In this document: positions 20,501-30,900 of the stretch, one piece after another
Numbering within the stretch: the first letter of the stretch is position 1
How the letters are laid out: the number at the start of each line of letters is the position of its first letter
DNA from: an uncultured virus (IMG/VR IMGVR_UViG_3300000553_000028)
Taxonomy: Duplodnaviria; Heunggongvirae; Uroviricota; Caudoviricetes
Virus record (IMG/VR): IMGVR_UViG_3300000553_000028
Direction: 5' to 3' (one strand)
Length of the DNA: 64,000 nucleotides
Notes under the pieces: generated by a model
The model's database searches: none
What the model was told of the DNA's origin: nothing
Seen by the model: only the letters and a program-made list of their open reading frames with translations
Position numbers and translations under genes: made by a program

Positions 20501-22445
20501 TAATAAAAATGCAAATTTAATAATACCATTCAATGGAACACCAAAACCACAGGCAATTGAATTTAAAGTTAAGCCTGCTGAATTTGATAATTATGGATTT
20601 ATAAATTCTAATGATTTTCAATTAGGTATTGTTGTAAATGGACATGGTTCAAATAAGTTTGGTAATTTTACAATTAATCATACACAAGTTGTAGGTGAAC
20701 CATATCCTTTTTATGATGGAAATTATCATAGTATTTTGGTAAATAAAGTAGGTGATACAATTACACTTTATGCAAAAACAAATGATAAAGATAGAATCAT
20801 ACAAAGTGGACAATGGAGTGCAACAATCGATGGAAGTTTATATGAATCAACTACACAGATTGAATTTGTTGGATTTAGTGGTTCATTAGAGGAATTTAGA
20901 TTATGGCAAACACCATTAAGTGAAAGTGTATTTGATAATCACGTTATAATGCCTGAAGCTATAAATGGTAACACAATTTATAGTTCAACTGAAGATTTAT
21001 TATTAAGATTAGATTTTGAAAGAGCACAAGATTTATCTTTAACGGGTTCAATAAATAATGTAGCTCCAAATTTAGGATATATTGATTCTATTACAACAGA
21101 TCAATTTGGTATATCAGCAACTTATCCATATAATTATGAACCAGTAGAAAGAGAGTTATCATTGATAATTCCTAATAGTGGTGCAAGTAGATATTATACT
21201 AATAAAGTAAGATTAGAATCACAAGAATTAATATCCAATTTATCACCAACTCAAAGAGCAACTAAAAAGGCATTTGAAACATCTACAAAAGATTCTAATA
21301 GAGTAGGGTTATTATTCTCTCCTAATAAAGATTTAGATTTAGATATTGCAAAATCTTTAGGTGGTGAATCGTTTGATGATTATATTGGTGACCCTCAATA
21401 TGAATATGGATATACAAATTATCCTGAATTAGATACTTTAAGAAATTATTATTTTGAAAGAGTAGGTGAAAGAAACATATATGAGTTTATTCGTTTAGTT
21501 AAATTTTACGATAAATCTTTATTTGTTAATTTAAAAGAAATGTTACCAGCTAGAGCAAATGTAACTACCGGTCTTTTAATAGCACCTCATTTATTGGAAA
21601 GAAATAAAATAAATGTAAATAGACCTAAAGCAGAAGCAGAAATCTTAGAAGGAGTTATAACTGATACTCAATTTAGTATTTTAGATGGTTCATATGAAGT
21701 ATTAAATAGTGAATTAAATTTAGAAGATAGTTTATCTAATATATCCATAGTTAATGAAGATTTACCAGCTATTATAGATGCAACTGAAACTTACATTTTT
21801 AACGCAACAAATTTAAGTTATAAAGCAGAAATTAATACTATTGAAACTACATTGGCAGCAGGTGAGGTTGATTCACATTATGGAGTTATAAATTATAAAA
21901 GAATAAGTAGTTCTATACAAACTGAATTCGACTTAATGAATGCTGGACAAGTTGTAGGTATGGACCAAAACTATATTGATTATGGATTTAATACTATGTT
22001 TGATAATGGTTATGGTAAATACACATATGAAGAAAATGGTATATTTAAATCAAAGGGTGTTAGAGCATTTTTAGTAACAAAAAGAAATGGTGTAATTACT
22101 AAATTAAATCAAAATGGTGTTAGTGGTAGTGAAGCAAATATTTATACATCTTCTTATACTGAAGAATTATTAATACAGGATATTGGAATATCAAGTGGTA
22201 GTTTAGCGGGAGATCCTAATATTGTAAGTATAGTTACTGCAAGTGGTTATTTACCATCTCATTATATTTATAAAGGAGAGAAACACACTGGTATTCAAAA
22301 TTTATTCTTTAGAGGTTCTAAACAAACAAGTGATACTACGATAGATGGAAAATCGCCGGTAGAAACATTTGTAACTAATCCAACTAAATTAAGAGTTACG
22401 GCACAGGGTAGAAGTAACAATGAACCTATATTAGAAGTAGATTAA
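17598..22445 (+). CDS. large baseplate/tail structural protein (1615 aa; gp7-like region and LamG-like region)
   Basis: NLPYLLKHRGSVRGINALLTCYG resembles wedge/tail protein I motif; FSGSLEEFRLWQTPLS is LamG-like. Confidence 0.6.
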   Translation: MLDYLSNLYSQNMDGATYTPFTSLDVLNSSYGNNGGSITSGDSSQINTNTQIVPPPTPTGADIKLFLDNIGTYKNQMTFNVQGQSYNEGSVLLIDSNTINDSLVIKPIVNDGFTLKNYFELKKTLVNDTILIDGVYEPTKVPGITLITYNGYGSTQATSDYVLPQTIDLGFDLTQTPTVKTFTRIQNVYLVTNYNNTQLNSELEVTINSIDLVSPKTIRIGDSVDITNVNNTSSDLSISISGLSSFDLSNIRWQYSSKFNSNSTFDINDFNILTSDNSGLLRSSDFNSNIILLIEVTPNTSNYPTLTLGVNDISYNIAESVFTNKSSKLISIPYNASKLDGIKITTPYRTFTQAVSRNAELDLQNDFQNNEGQFKILLTPYSELYGDGVTQSIIVTINKVLDTPIIDKIDYPTNVVIPVYSFGDTNFTISFESNLATNVFIYHSTEDNSNLFGNFNSKDSIQLNYNSIKAFNTNAKLDLLLVPYNGNIKGEIERISILFDDPGFYVSTQNLKDELFNAIASQLKFNLNKPNYLNHLASFDIDDKQIIISNWDTDNTTFTKFKNDELGNKVPDGEINKSIVLKLYEPLPTNINKNDVLWVSELVSLPILQSVIVSGTLTDNTIPLRPANFNIEVDFVKGQSTGFQSYDGLILSGSQSSQQIVDTYLVQNFIDIEGINIDYTDFSNFVKYSSAVERLANFKYKKDLIDFYDNKIEVLLPSASVLPTVQLDIINYENNKNTLINGFDNWEKYLQNNVFTGSISTNDLLLNEYNTYLSNATIYDKENVNSLKSNIPNHIIEDSGNLDFLLFLDMIGNYFDIIWSYINGISDQKKIAETNKSGIEDKFLYQYLESFGWDAKNLNSNKQLWNYVFGLNDAGLNNTYTSDEYLGDNTIQITPEQATNQVWRRIANNLPYLLKHRGSVRGINALLTCYGIASSNLSIMEFGGPTIDTVVDTPKFIYDSLTYNLVFDNKNANLIIPFNGTPKPQAIEFKVKPAEFDNYGFINSNDFQLGIVVNGHGSNKFGNFTINHTQVVGEPYPFYDGNYHSILVNKVGDTITLYAKTNDKDRIIQSGQWSATIDGSLYESTTQIEFVGFSGSLEEFRLWQTPLSESVFDNHVIMPEAINGNTIYSSTEDLLLRLDFERAQDLSLTGSINNVAPNLGYIDSITTDQFGISATYPYNYEPVERELSLIIPNSGASRYYTNKVRLESQELISNLSPTQRATKKAFETSTKDSNRVGLLFSPNKDLDLDIAKSLGGESFDDYIGDPQYEYGYTNYPELDTLRNYYFERVGERNIYEFIRLVKFYDKSLFVNLKEMLPARANVTTGLLIAPHLLERNKINVNRPKAEAEILEGVITDTQFSILDGSYEVLNSELNLEDSLSNISIVNEDLPAIIDATETYIFNATNLSYKAEINTIETTLAAGEVDSHYGVINYKRISSSIQTEFDLMNAGQVVGMDQNYIDYGFNTMFDNGYGKYTYEENGIFKSKGVRAFLVTKRNGVITKLNQNGVSGSEANIYTSSYTEELLIQDIGISSGSLAGDPNIVSIVTASGYLPSHYIYKGEKHTGIQNLFFRGSKQTSDTTIDGKSPVETFVTNPTKLRVTAQGRSNNEPILEVD

Positions 22446-22473
22446 AAATAATGTAAAGAAAAAATATTTTATA

Positions 22474-22481
22474 TATTTATA
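22474..22481 (+). promoter_or_regulatory. putative phage late promoter TATTTATA
   Basis: Octamer in the 22446-22500 gap. Confidence 0.6.
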
Positions 22482-22500
22482 AAAGAATAATAAACAAACT

Positions 22501-23124
22501 ATGGCATATTTAGATAACACAACGATTACAGTAGATGCTATCCTTACAAAAAAAGGTAGAGAAAAATTAGCAGCTGGTCAACCATTAAACATCTCACAAT
22601 GGGCATTAGGTGATGATGAAATTGATTATAATTTATACGATCCAGCACATCCAAAGGGTTCAGCATATTATGATGCAGCTATTTTAGCAACTCCAATTTT
22701 GGAAGCTAGTCCAGATGAAACTCAAGCATTAAAATATAAATTAGTAACACTTCCTAGTGGTACTGTTAAGATACCTGTTGTTTCTATTAATGTTCAAACT
22801 ATTGCAGCTAAAACAACTGGTGGTCAATTTCCTATTACACCTTCAACTTCACCAGCAGGTAATTTGAATGGTGGTTATACCGCAGTTTTAGGTAATAAGA
22901 ATGCAGGTACAATCGTAGGTGCTGGTTTAGCAAATGTAACAACAACTTCAACTACATTTACAAATAGTGTAACTGCAACAGCAGAAGTAGTTAAGGGTAT
23001 GACATTTACATTCATTCCTAATAGTTCATTAACTTCAACAATAACAACAACATTGACTATATTTGGTAACGAAACTGGTGGTAGTATTACTATTCCTGTT
23101 ACTGTTACTTATGTAGCTGCATAA
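22501..23124 (+). CDS. virion structural protein
   Basis: MAYLDNTTITVDAILTKKGREKLA...WALGDDEIDY; Thr-rich Ig-like C-terminus. Confidence 0.6.
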   Translation: MAYLDNTTITVDAILTKKGREKLAAGQPLNISQWALGDDEIDYNLYDPAHPKGSAYYDAAILATPILEASPDETQALKYKLVTLPSGTVKIPVVSINVQTIAAKTTGGQFPITPSTSPAGNLNGGYTAVLGNKNAGTIVGAGLANVTTTSTTFTNSVTATAEVVKGMTFTFIPNSSLTSTITTTLTIFGNETGGSITIPVTVTYVAA

Positions 23125-23139
23125 AATAAATAAACGAAT

Positions 23140-24360
23140 ATGGCAACTTTAGGTTCAAATACTGGTACACAACTTACCAATGATTTAGCAACATATCTTA
23201 ATCAACAAAAGCAAAATGCTAATGGAACATTAGATACAACTCAGTTAGCAGCTATCATTAATAATTATCTTACAACAGGTGAGAAATTAGTGATGGAAAC
23301 TAATGTAACTACAAATTCAGTATATAAACAATTTAATACAACAGATGTAGTTCCTGCTAAAAATGAAGTAGTAACAACTGGTTTGTGGAGTAATGGTAGT
23401 GGAAGTTTATATACTTTTTATACAAGTTCAACTACAACTATTGCAGGTGCAAGTGGTTCTACAACTTCTCCTTATTATTACAATGTATATGCTTCAAATT
23501 TAACTGGTTCATCACCTGTTGAATTTGCGGTAACATATGGTGAAATAAGTGGTGCGGGTGTTCCAACAACTGCAATCGATCAAAATTCAACATTAGCAAC
23601 TAAAGCTACTTATTTCCAATATAGAGCTTTATTAACTGATAGTGCTGATAATTTCTTTACTTTTTATAGTGGAAGTACTCCAGATGCATTTGCTTCAGAT
23701 GACTTTTACGCAATTAACTTAAGTAGAGCAAATTATAGAGAAAGAGTAGATGCCGGTAATTGGAGTATTAGTTTGAGTGGTTCTAATGGTTTATTTACAT
23801 TCATAGATGATAGTAATAATAAATTCGAATCTAACACAGCTGGTTTAACTGTTTATAACATTGTAAGTGGTTCATTAAATTTAGGAACAAATCAAAACGC
23901 AACTATATCAACACATACCGCATCAAATGGTGTTGGTTATGGTAAGTTCTATCCTGATTTTGGTATTTTAATATTTAGTCCAGATGCATTGGCATCAACA
24001 GTTGGTTCTGAATTAAGTGGTTCATCACAAACTTCAACATACGATTATACTCAACTTAAATTCTTAAGTGCAATTCAAAAGGGTGGTAATTTTGAAGCAA
24101 GAAGAATTGAAAATTTATCAACTGCACACTATTTTGTAAGAGTTAATAACAGAGAATTTAATTTTTCTAATAACCCTACTTATACTGATGCTACTGGTTC
24201 ATTTACTCAACCAACATTCACAACAGATCCTTTATCTTATATTACAACAATTGGTTTATTTAACGATGCAAATGAAATGATTGCAGTAGCTAAAACATCT
24301 CAACCAATAGCTAAATCATTCAGTAAAGAATTATTATTGAAAGTTAAATTAGATTTCTAA
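23140..24360 (+). CDS. virion structural protein (tail-collar/fibre attachment-like C-terminus)
   Basis: C-terminal YITTIGLFNDANEMIAVAKTSQPIAK; Ser/Thr/Gly rich. Confidence 0.6.
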   Translation: MATLGSNTGTQLTNDLATYLNQQKQNANGTLDTTQLAAIINNYLTTGEKLVMETNVTTNSVYKQFNTTDVVPAKNEVVTTGLWSNGSGSLYTFYTSSTTTIAGASGSTTSPYYYNVYASNLTGSSPVEFAVTYGEISGAGVPTTAIDQNSTLATKATYFQYRALLTDSADNFFTFYSGSTPDAFASDDFYAINLSRANYRERVDAGNWSISLSGSNGLFTFIDDSNNKFESNTAGLTVYNIVSGSLNLGTNQNATISTHTASNGVGYGKFYPDFGILIFSPDALASTVGSELSGSSQTSTYDYTQLKFLSAIQKGGNFEARRIENLSTAHYFVRVNNREFNFSNNPTYTDATGSFTQPTFTTDPLSYITTIGLFNDANEMIAVAKTSQPIAKSFSKELLLKVKLDF

Positions 24361-24378
24361 GATATTCAATCTTATATA

Positions 24379-24416
24379 AAACAAAAACCCAACCTTAAAA
24401 AGTTGGGTTTTTGTTT
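24379..24416. terminator. rho-independent terminator, potentially bidirectional
   Basis: Perfect 15-bp inverted repeat AAACAAAAACCCAAC-cttaaaaa-GTTGGGTTTTTGTTT with A- and T-tracts. Confidence 0.85.
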
Positions 24417-24423
24417 ATTGGAA

Positions 24424-24431
24424 TATTTATA
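24424..24431 (+). promoter_or_regulatory. putative phage late promoter TATTTATA
   Basis: Octamer directly after the terminator and 7 nt before the ATG at 24439. Confidence 0.65.
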
Positions 24432-24438
24432 TTAGATT

Positions 24439-25521
24439 ATGTTAAAACAAATTCCTAAATCCGATATTAATTATAGACCATTTAAGGTTTATAAAACATT
24501 TACTCTTACTGAAAATGATGTTACTGCTTCTTTGGTATTTAATCATACGGGTAGTACGGATTCATTATCACCAATAGAATTAACTGAGCAAGGATTATAT
24601 CACCAATTATACACAATGTATTATAGGGATCCACATAATCCGTTCACATCGTATGGTGATATATTGCCAATTTCTGAATCTTATAATACTACAACTTCAC
24701 AAAGATATTTAAGTGGTTCAGCGTATGTTTTACCTATACCACAAAAAATGTATGGAGAAGGAATAAAACCTGGTAGTGTTATTTTAAATAGTAATGTTAC
24801 CGGTGATTATTCTATGGATGATTCATATGGTAATTTAATTTCAGATACCAATGAATTTATATTAATTTCATTAAATGTTCAAGATGGAACTTTTACATTT
24901 GTAGATTCAATTGGAAATCAAAATACGTTATCCTTTACCGAAATTAATATGAACAATGGTATTATTTCAATAGTAGGACAACTAAATTCTTTTACAAACT
25001 TTTCGGCAAATATAAATGGTGATTCAATTAGTTTTGTTGGTGTAATAGAAGGAAATCCAAATATTAGTAAGAGAATAGTAGGTAATGTTATTTATTCACA
25101 TGGATTAATTATAATTACACATGATGTATTAGGAAATAATTTAGGATATTTTAATGATTACCATTTAGAATATAAATCGACTAATACCATTTATGAAAAT
25201 GAAATATTATTGGTAGTAGAAGAAGATGAGTTTAATATATCTACTAACAAAACAGCAATAGGATTAGTAACTGGTTCATATTTTGAGAGAACCACTATAA
25301 ATAATCCAATAATAGGATCAGATGGTATTAGTTTAGCAGGATTTGATGATTATATGTATAGTTCATCGGTAGATACTACTGGTTCATATTTAGCACCTTA
25401 TATAACTACAATTGGGTTATATGATGATAATATGGATATGGTAGCAGTTGCTAAATTAGCTAAGCCTGTTAAATCAATGCCAGACTTACCTGTAAACTTT
25501 TTAGTAAGATTTGATACTTAA
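24439..25521 (+). CDS. virion structural protein, paralog of 23140..24360
   Basis: C-terminal YITTIGLYDDNMDMVAVAKLAKPVKS...FLVRFD matches the preceding gene. Confidence 0.65.
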   Translation: MLKQIPKSDINYRPFKVYKTFTLTENDVTASLVFNHTGSTDSLSPIELTEQGLYHQLYTMYYRDPHNPFTSYGDILPISESYNTTTSQRYLSGSAYVLPIPQKMYGEGIKPGSVILNSNVTGDYSMDDSYGNLISDTNEFILISLNVQDGTFTFVDSIGNQNTLSFTEINMNNGIISIVGQLNSFTNFSANINGDSISFVGVIEGNPNISKRIVGNVIYSHGLIIITHDVLGNNLGYFNDYHLEYKSTNTIYENEILLVVEEDEFNISTNKTAIGLVTGSYFERTTINNPIIGSDGISLAGFDDYMYSSSVDTTGSYLAPYITTIGLYDDNMDMVAVAKLAKPVKSMPDLPVNFLVRFDT

Positions 25522-25524
25522 TAT

Positions 25525-26208
25525 ATGTTTATAATTTATTATCACATATTTGCAACCCCAGGTGTGATAGATATTTTAAATGAACATTTTTACTTAATAG
25601 AAAAATATTTTAATTTTGAATATCAATTAAATATCGGTATTTGTACTAGTAATCATAAAAATTCATTAAATGATGTTTTAGAATATTTAAAAACAAAAAA
25701 ATGTATAGTTAGGGATATTAAAGATTGTCATTCTGAATGGGTTACTTTAGATTTACTAGAAGGTGATAAAGTTACATATAATGATGATGATATAATAATG
25801 TATTTTCATACTAAAGGTATAACACATATAAACGATACCGAAAAATATAAAAGAATGGTTTCATGGAGACAACTTATGAACTATTTTTTATTAGAAAGAA
25901 TAGATGATGTAATAAAAATTCTTAATAACACCGAACATAATATCTATGGTGTTACTAAATTTATGTATGATTGGGAACAACAAAAAAGACCTGGACATTT
26001 TCATATGATGGGTAATTTTTGGGTAGTTACTGGTAAATATGCAAAAACAATTAATACTACAATAGGTAAGAGAGATGTTAGAACTGATGTAGAAAATAGA
26101 TTTTGGCAATTAGGTGATAATCCAAATCCATATCAAATATATCATTATAATACTAATATTGATATTGAAACACTTTATTTTAAAAGAGAAGATTACGAAA
26201 TAAAATAA
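25525..26208 (+). CDS. hypothetical protein, possible glycan-modifying enzyme
   Basis: YFHTKG, WRQLMNYF, GNFWV motifs; non-structural composition. Confidence 0.5.
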   Translation: MFIIYYHIFATPGVIDILNEHFYLIEKYFNFEYQLNIGICTSNHKNSLNDVLEYLKTKKCIVRDIKDCHSEWVTLDLLEGDKVTYNDDDIIMYFHTKGITHINDTEKYKRMVSWRQLMNYFLLERIDDVIKILNNTEHNIYGVTKFMYDWEQQKRPGHFHMMGNFWVVTGKYAKTINTTIGKRDVRTDVENRFWQLGDNPNPYQIYHYNTNIDIETLYFKREDYEIK

Positions 26209-26215
26209 ATAATTA

Positions 26216-26223
26216 TATTTATA
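26216..26223 (+). promoter_or_regulatory. putative phage late promoter TATTTATA
   Basis: Octamer in the gap before 26238. Confidence 0.6.
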
Positions 26224-26237
26224 TTAAACAAAATACA

Positions 26238-26450
26238 ATGGCAATAATAGATACATACAATAAAAGTGGAATAGCAGATAAAATTGGTAATAATGCTAAA
26301 ACATCTGGATTTATACCTAATGAACAACAAGGTAATCCTTCACAATTCGATTTAACTGCAACTACTTTAGATAAAAAGGATTTAAATGGTAATTCAACTG
26401 CACCATATACTCCAAAGAAAACTTACGAAGACGTTACTCCTAGACAATAA
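26238..26450 (+). CDS. small hypothetical protein
   Basis: 70-aa ORF with upstream late motif. Confidence 0.65.
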   Translation: MAIIDTYNKSGIADKIGNNAKTSGFIPNEQQGNPSQFDLTATTLDKKDLNGNSTAPYTPKKTYEDVTPRQ

Positions 26451-26452
26451 TA

Positions 26453-26863
26453 ATGGCAAAGAAAAAAGTTACAAAAAGTAGTGGTTGGGTAGCAAAAAAG
26501 AATGGTTTTAAAAGTGGTTTAGAAGATTCAGTTTCCCAACAAATAGAGAGTAAAGGAATTAAAGTAGAATATGAAACCGAAAAAGTTAGTTATATCATAC
26601 CTGCTTCACCTCATACTTATCATCCTGATTTTAAGTTACCTAATGGTATCAGGATAGAAACGAAAGGTAGATTTGTAATAGCTGATAGAAAGAAACATTT
26701 ATTAGTTAAAGAACAAAACCCTCAATTAGATATTCGTTTTGTATTTACCAATTCAAAGAATAAAATTAACAAAAATTCTAAAACTACCTATGCAGATTGG
26801 TGTGATAAAAATGGGTTTAAGTATTCCGATAAGGTAATACCAGATGAATGGTTTACCGAATAA
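26453..26863 (+). CDS. endonuclease I / Holliday junction resolvase (T7 gp3-like)
   Basis: FKSGLE, YHPDFKLPNGIRIETKGRF, DRKKHLLVKEQNPQLDIRFVF, TTYADWC. Confidence 0.92.
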   Translation: MAKKKVTKSSGWVAKKNGFKSGLEDSVSQQIESKGIKVEYETEKVSYIIPASPHTYHPDFKLPNGIRIETKGRFVIADRKKHLLVKEQNPQLDIRFVFTNSKNKINKNSKTTYADWCDKNGFKYSDKVIPDEWFTE

Positions 26864-26895
26864 TTTGGTAATTTCGACTAATTTCCGTATATTTG
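26864..26895 (+). promoter_or_regulatory. Bacteroidetes-type housekeeping promoter
   Basis: TTTG 26864-26867, 20-nt spacer, TATATTTG 26888-26895; ATG 4 nt later. Confidence 0.75.
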
Positions 26896-26899
26896 ATAT

Positions 26900-27901
26900 A
26901 TGGAGATAATACAACTTTTTGATAAATACATAGGACCAAGCAAAGCTCTTAAGAAAAATGAGTATGCATATCATTGTCCTTTCTGTCATCATCACAAACC
27001 AAAATTACAAATAAACGATAAAACACATAAGTTTCATTGTTGGACTTGTAATGCCGGCGGTAATCTTATTTATTTAGGTAAGAAGATTGGAATGAGTGAT
27101 TTAGACCTAAATGATTTATTGTCTAAATGTGGTATTAGTGAAGAAACCCGTCGTAAATTGAAAGATGATTGGACAGGAACTCTTAAGGAATTATTAGATA
27201 AACTTTGGCAAGAAGAGGAAGAACAAGAAGCTGAAAACACATCACAATTATTATTACCAACAGAATTTAAGTCAGCATTAGAACTGAAAATAGATAAAAA
27301 GAATCCAATTGAAGGGCATGCTATAAAATATCTTAAAGAAAGAGGCATAACTAAAAAACATATTATTAGATATAATATTGGATTCTGTGCTAAGGGTTTA
27401 TATGCTGGTAGAGTTATTATTCCATCATATGATAGTAGAAATCAATTAAATTATTTTATAGCAAGAAGTATATTTCCTGATGAGAAACAAAAGTATAAAA
27501 ATCCTCCTGTATCTAAAGATGTTATAGTTTTTGCTAATCAAATTGATTGGTCGCAACCTATTACTTTATGTGAAGGTGTATTTGATGCTATAGCTCTGAA
27601 GCGTAATGCTATTCCACTTTTAGGTAAGTTTGTTCAGAAAACACTAATGGGTGCATTGAAAAATACTAAACCAGATGTTTACATTTGTTTAGATAATGAT
27701 GCACAAGAAGATGCATTAGTATTATATGATAAAATTAAATCATATGTAAAATCAGTTAAAAACATTAAGTTAGATGGTAAAGATGCGGGTGAAAATTCTT
27801 TCTCAAATATTTTGAAATATCAGAAAAATTCCGTAACTTTGAGTTGGGAAAGCTTAATAAGAGAAAAACTATTATCTTTTAATAGTAGTTCATTAAAATA
27901 A
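26900..27901 (+). CDS. DNA primase (Zn finger + TOPRIM)
   Basis: CPFCHHHKPKL...FHCWTC; YLKERGI; RVIIP; LCEGVFDAI; CLDNDA. Confidence 0.9.
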   Translation: MEIIQLFDKYIGPSKALKKNEYAYHCPFCHHHKPKLQINDKTHKFHCWTCNAGGNLIYLGKKIGMSDLDLNDLLSKCGISEETRRKLKDDWTGTLKELLDKLWQEEEEQEAENTSQLLLPTEFKSALELKIDKKNPIEGHAIKYLKERGITKKHIIRYNIGFCAKGLYAGRVIIPSYDSRNQLNYFIARSIFPDEKQKYKNPPVSKDVIVFANQIDWSQPITLCEGVFDAIALKRNAIPLLGKFVQKTLMGALKNTKPDVYICLDNDAQEDALVLYDKIKSYVKSVKNIKLDGKDAGENSFSNILKYQKNSVTLSWESLIREKLLSFNSSSLK

Positions 27902-27908
27902 AAAAGAA

Positions 27909-30900
27909 ATGAATAAATTAAAAAGAATTTATCACATTGCAGACATTCACATTAGAAACTTAAAAAGACACCAGGAATATAGAGAAGTTTTTAATAGATT
28001 ATTTGAAGACATTAAAAAGAGGGGAACTGAAGATTCCCTTATTTATTTAGCTGGAGATTTGGCTCACGCTAAATTAGAAATGTCACCGGAGCTTCTTAAC
28101 GAAATAAATTATTTTCTTAAGAAGTGTTGTGAATTATGTCCTACTATTCTAATTGCTGGAAACCATGATTGTAATTTAAACAATGTTGGTAGATTGGATG
28201 TATTGAGTCCAATTGTAGAAGCATTAGATTTACCTAACTTAACTTATTTAAGAGATACTCAATCTTATACCTATGGGGGTGTAAGATTTGATTTATTTTC
28301 TATTTTTGATGATAAAGAAAATTGGAAGTTTGAACCAATTACATCAGATACTACAAATATTGCATTATTTCACGGACCAATTTTAGATGCAACTACTGAT
28401 GTAGGTTATCATATTTCTTCTAGACATTTTACAACTGAAATGTTTGATGGATATGATTTAGCTTTATTAGGTGATATTCATAAAAGACAAACTATGATTT
28501 CCCCAGATGGTTGTAAAGTAGTTTATCCTGGTTCCCTTATTCAGCAAAATCATGGTGAGAAATTAACTGAACATGGTTATGCTATTTGGAATATTAGTGA
28601 TTTATCAGTTGAATATGTAGATATTCCAAATGATTATGGTTATTATACTTTACATGTAGAGAATGGTATTGTACCTGATGTAACTGATATGCCTGTTAAA
28701 CCAAGATTAAGAGTGTTGGTTTCAAAGACAGATGCCGCAGATATGAAAAGAGTTACTACTGAAATTAAAAAGAAATATAAAGTAGATGAGTTTACTATTA
28801 CTCGTACCGATACATTAGCTCGTTTAAGAACAGGCAATAGAGATGGTAAGTTGAATGTAGGTAATGTAAATGACCCTCAATATCAAGCCGGTCTTATCAA
28901 AGATTATTTAGGTAGAAACTATATGTTAGATGCCGAAACATTAGGTAAGATTGAAGATTTGAATACTAAATTAAATAAGAAACTTACAGATGAAGATTTA
29001 GTTAAGAATATAACTTGGAAGCCAATTCGTTTTGAGTTTGATAATATGTTCAGTTATGGTGAGAACAATATCGTTAACTTTGATAATATGAAAGGGTTAA
29101 TGGGTGTGTTCGCTCCAAATGCCGCGGGTAAATCTTCTTTATTCGATGCATTATCTTTTTGTATATTTGATAAGAGTAGTAGAGCATTCAAAGCAGCTAA
29201 TATCTTAAACAATCGTAAAACAGAATTTAAGTGTAAGTTAGAATTTGAAATCAATGATGAGAAATTCTTTATTGAGAGAACTGCTAAATTAGCTAAGAAG
29301 GGTGACACAGTTAAAGTAGATGTAAACTTTTGGAGATTGGAGGGTGATGAAATGATTTCTCTAAATGGAAACGAAAGAAGGGATACGGATAAAGCAATCG
29401 AAAGTTATTTAGGAAAGTATGAAGATTTTGTATTAACTGCATTATCTTTACAAGGAAACAATTCCCTATTCATTGATAAATCACAATCAGAAAGAAAAGA
29501 TTTATTAGCTCAGTTTATGGGTATTAATGTATTCGATAAGTTATATGATTTAGCAAGTGAGGATATTAAAGAAGTTCAGGTCTTATTAAGAAACTTTAAG
29601 AGAACTGATTTTACATCAGAGTTAGCAACAGCAGAAACTAAATTAGAAGAACTTAATGATGAGTATGAAGAATTAGAAATTGAGAAAGAAAGTTACGAAG
29701 ATAGACAAGATGAATTAAATGAAAAGATAACTGAATTATCAGCTCAATTAGTTCCAATGGATGGTAATTTGAATATTGATGATTTGAATACTAAAAAGGA
29801 AAAATTAGAAAATAGTTTAGAGGAATTAAAAGAATTAAGTATTGTTAAAGTGGCCAATATTAGTGATATTATTGGTAAGGTAGTAGAACTAAAAAAATTA
29901 TTGGCTGAAAAAGCAACTCCTAATGGTATTGATATAGAAATTGTATATTCTAATTATAAAACAGAACAATCAAAGTTATTAGAAGCAACTAAAGTATATG
30001 ATACTGCAAAATTACATTTGAGTTTAGCAGAAGAAAAGATTAAACATTTGGATAAACATGAATATGACCCTAATTGTAAATTCTGTTGTGATAATACTTT
30101 TGTAAAAGATGCAACAAATGCAAAAAATGCATTACCTCAATTACAAGAAATAGTAAATCAAGCCCTAATAGATTGTACAGGTATTCAACAAACTTTAGAT
30201 ACAATGGAAGGTATCGAGAAACAATATAACGAAGTAGTTGATTTAAAAGCTAAAATACAAAAGGGAGTTCAAGCACATACCAATAGAACTTTAGAGTTTA
30301 ATGGTATGATTACTCAAAAAGAATTATACGAAGCACAATTAACGGCGGTTGAAATGGATATTGTAAGATACCACGCCAACGAAGCAAACATTCAAAATAA
30401 CAATGTATTGAATGGACAAATTGAAACTATTAAAGTTCAATTAGCAAGTGTAACAAAAGATTTAAGAAATATTAATTCTACCCTATTGCAAGTTAATGGT
30501 GATATTGCAAAAGCAAATTCTTATATAACTACCATTACTCAAAAAATGGAAGAAGCTAAAGGATTAGAAGAACAATATCAAATCTACGAATATTATTTAG
30601 ATGCAGTTAAGAGGGATGGTGTATCATATGAATTGATTGCAAAGGCTCTACCAGTGATAGAAGGTGAGGTTAATAACATCTTACAACAAATTGTAGAGTT
30701 CGGTATCGTCTTTGATATGAGTGGCAAGAATGTGAACGCTAGAATTGTTTATGAGGATCAAAGTTGGCCATTAGAAATGTGTAGTGGTATGGAAAAATTT
30801 GTAAGTGGGTTAGCTATTAGAGTTGCACTTATTAATGTATGTAATTTACCTCGTCCAAACTTCTTAGTAATTGATGAAGGGTTTGGAACATTGGATAGTG

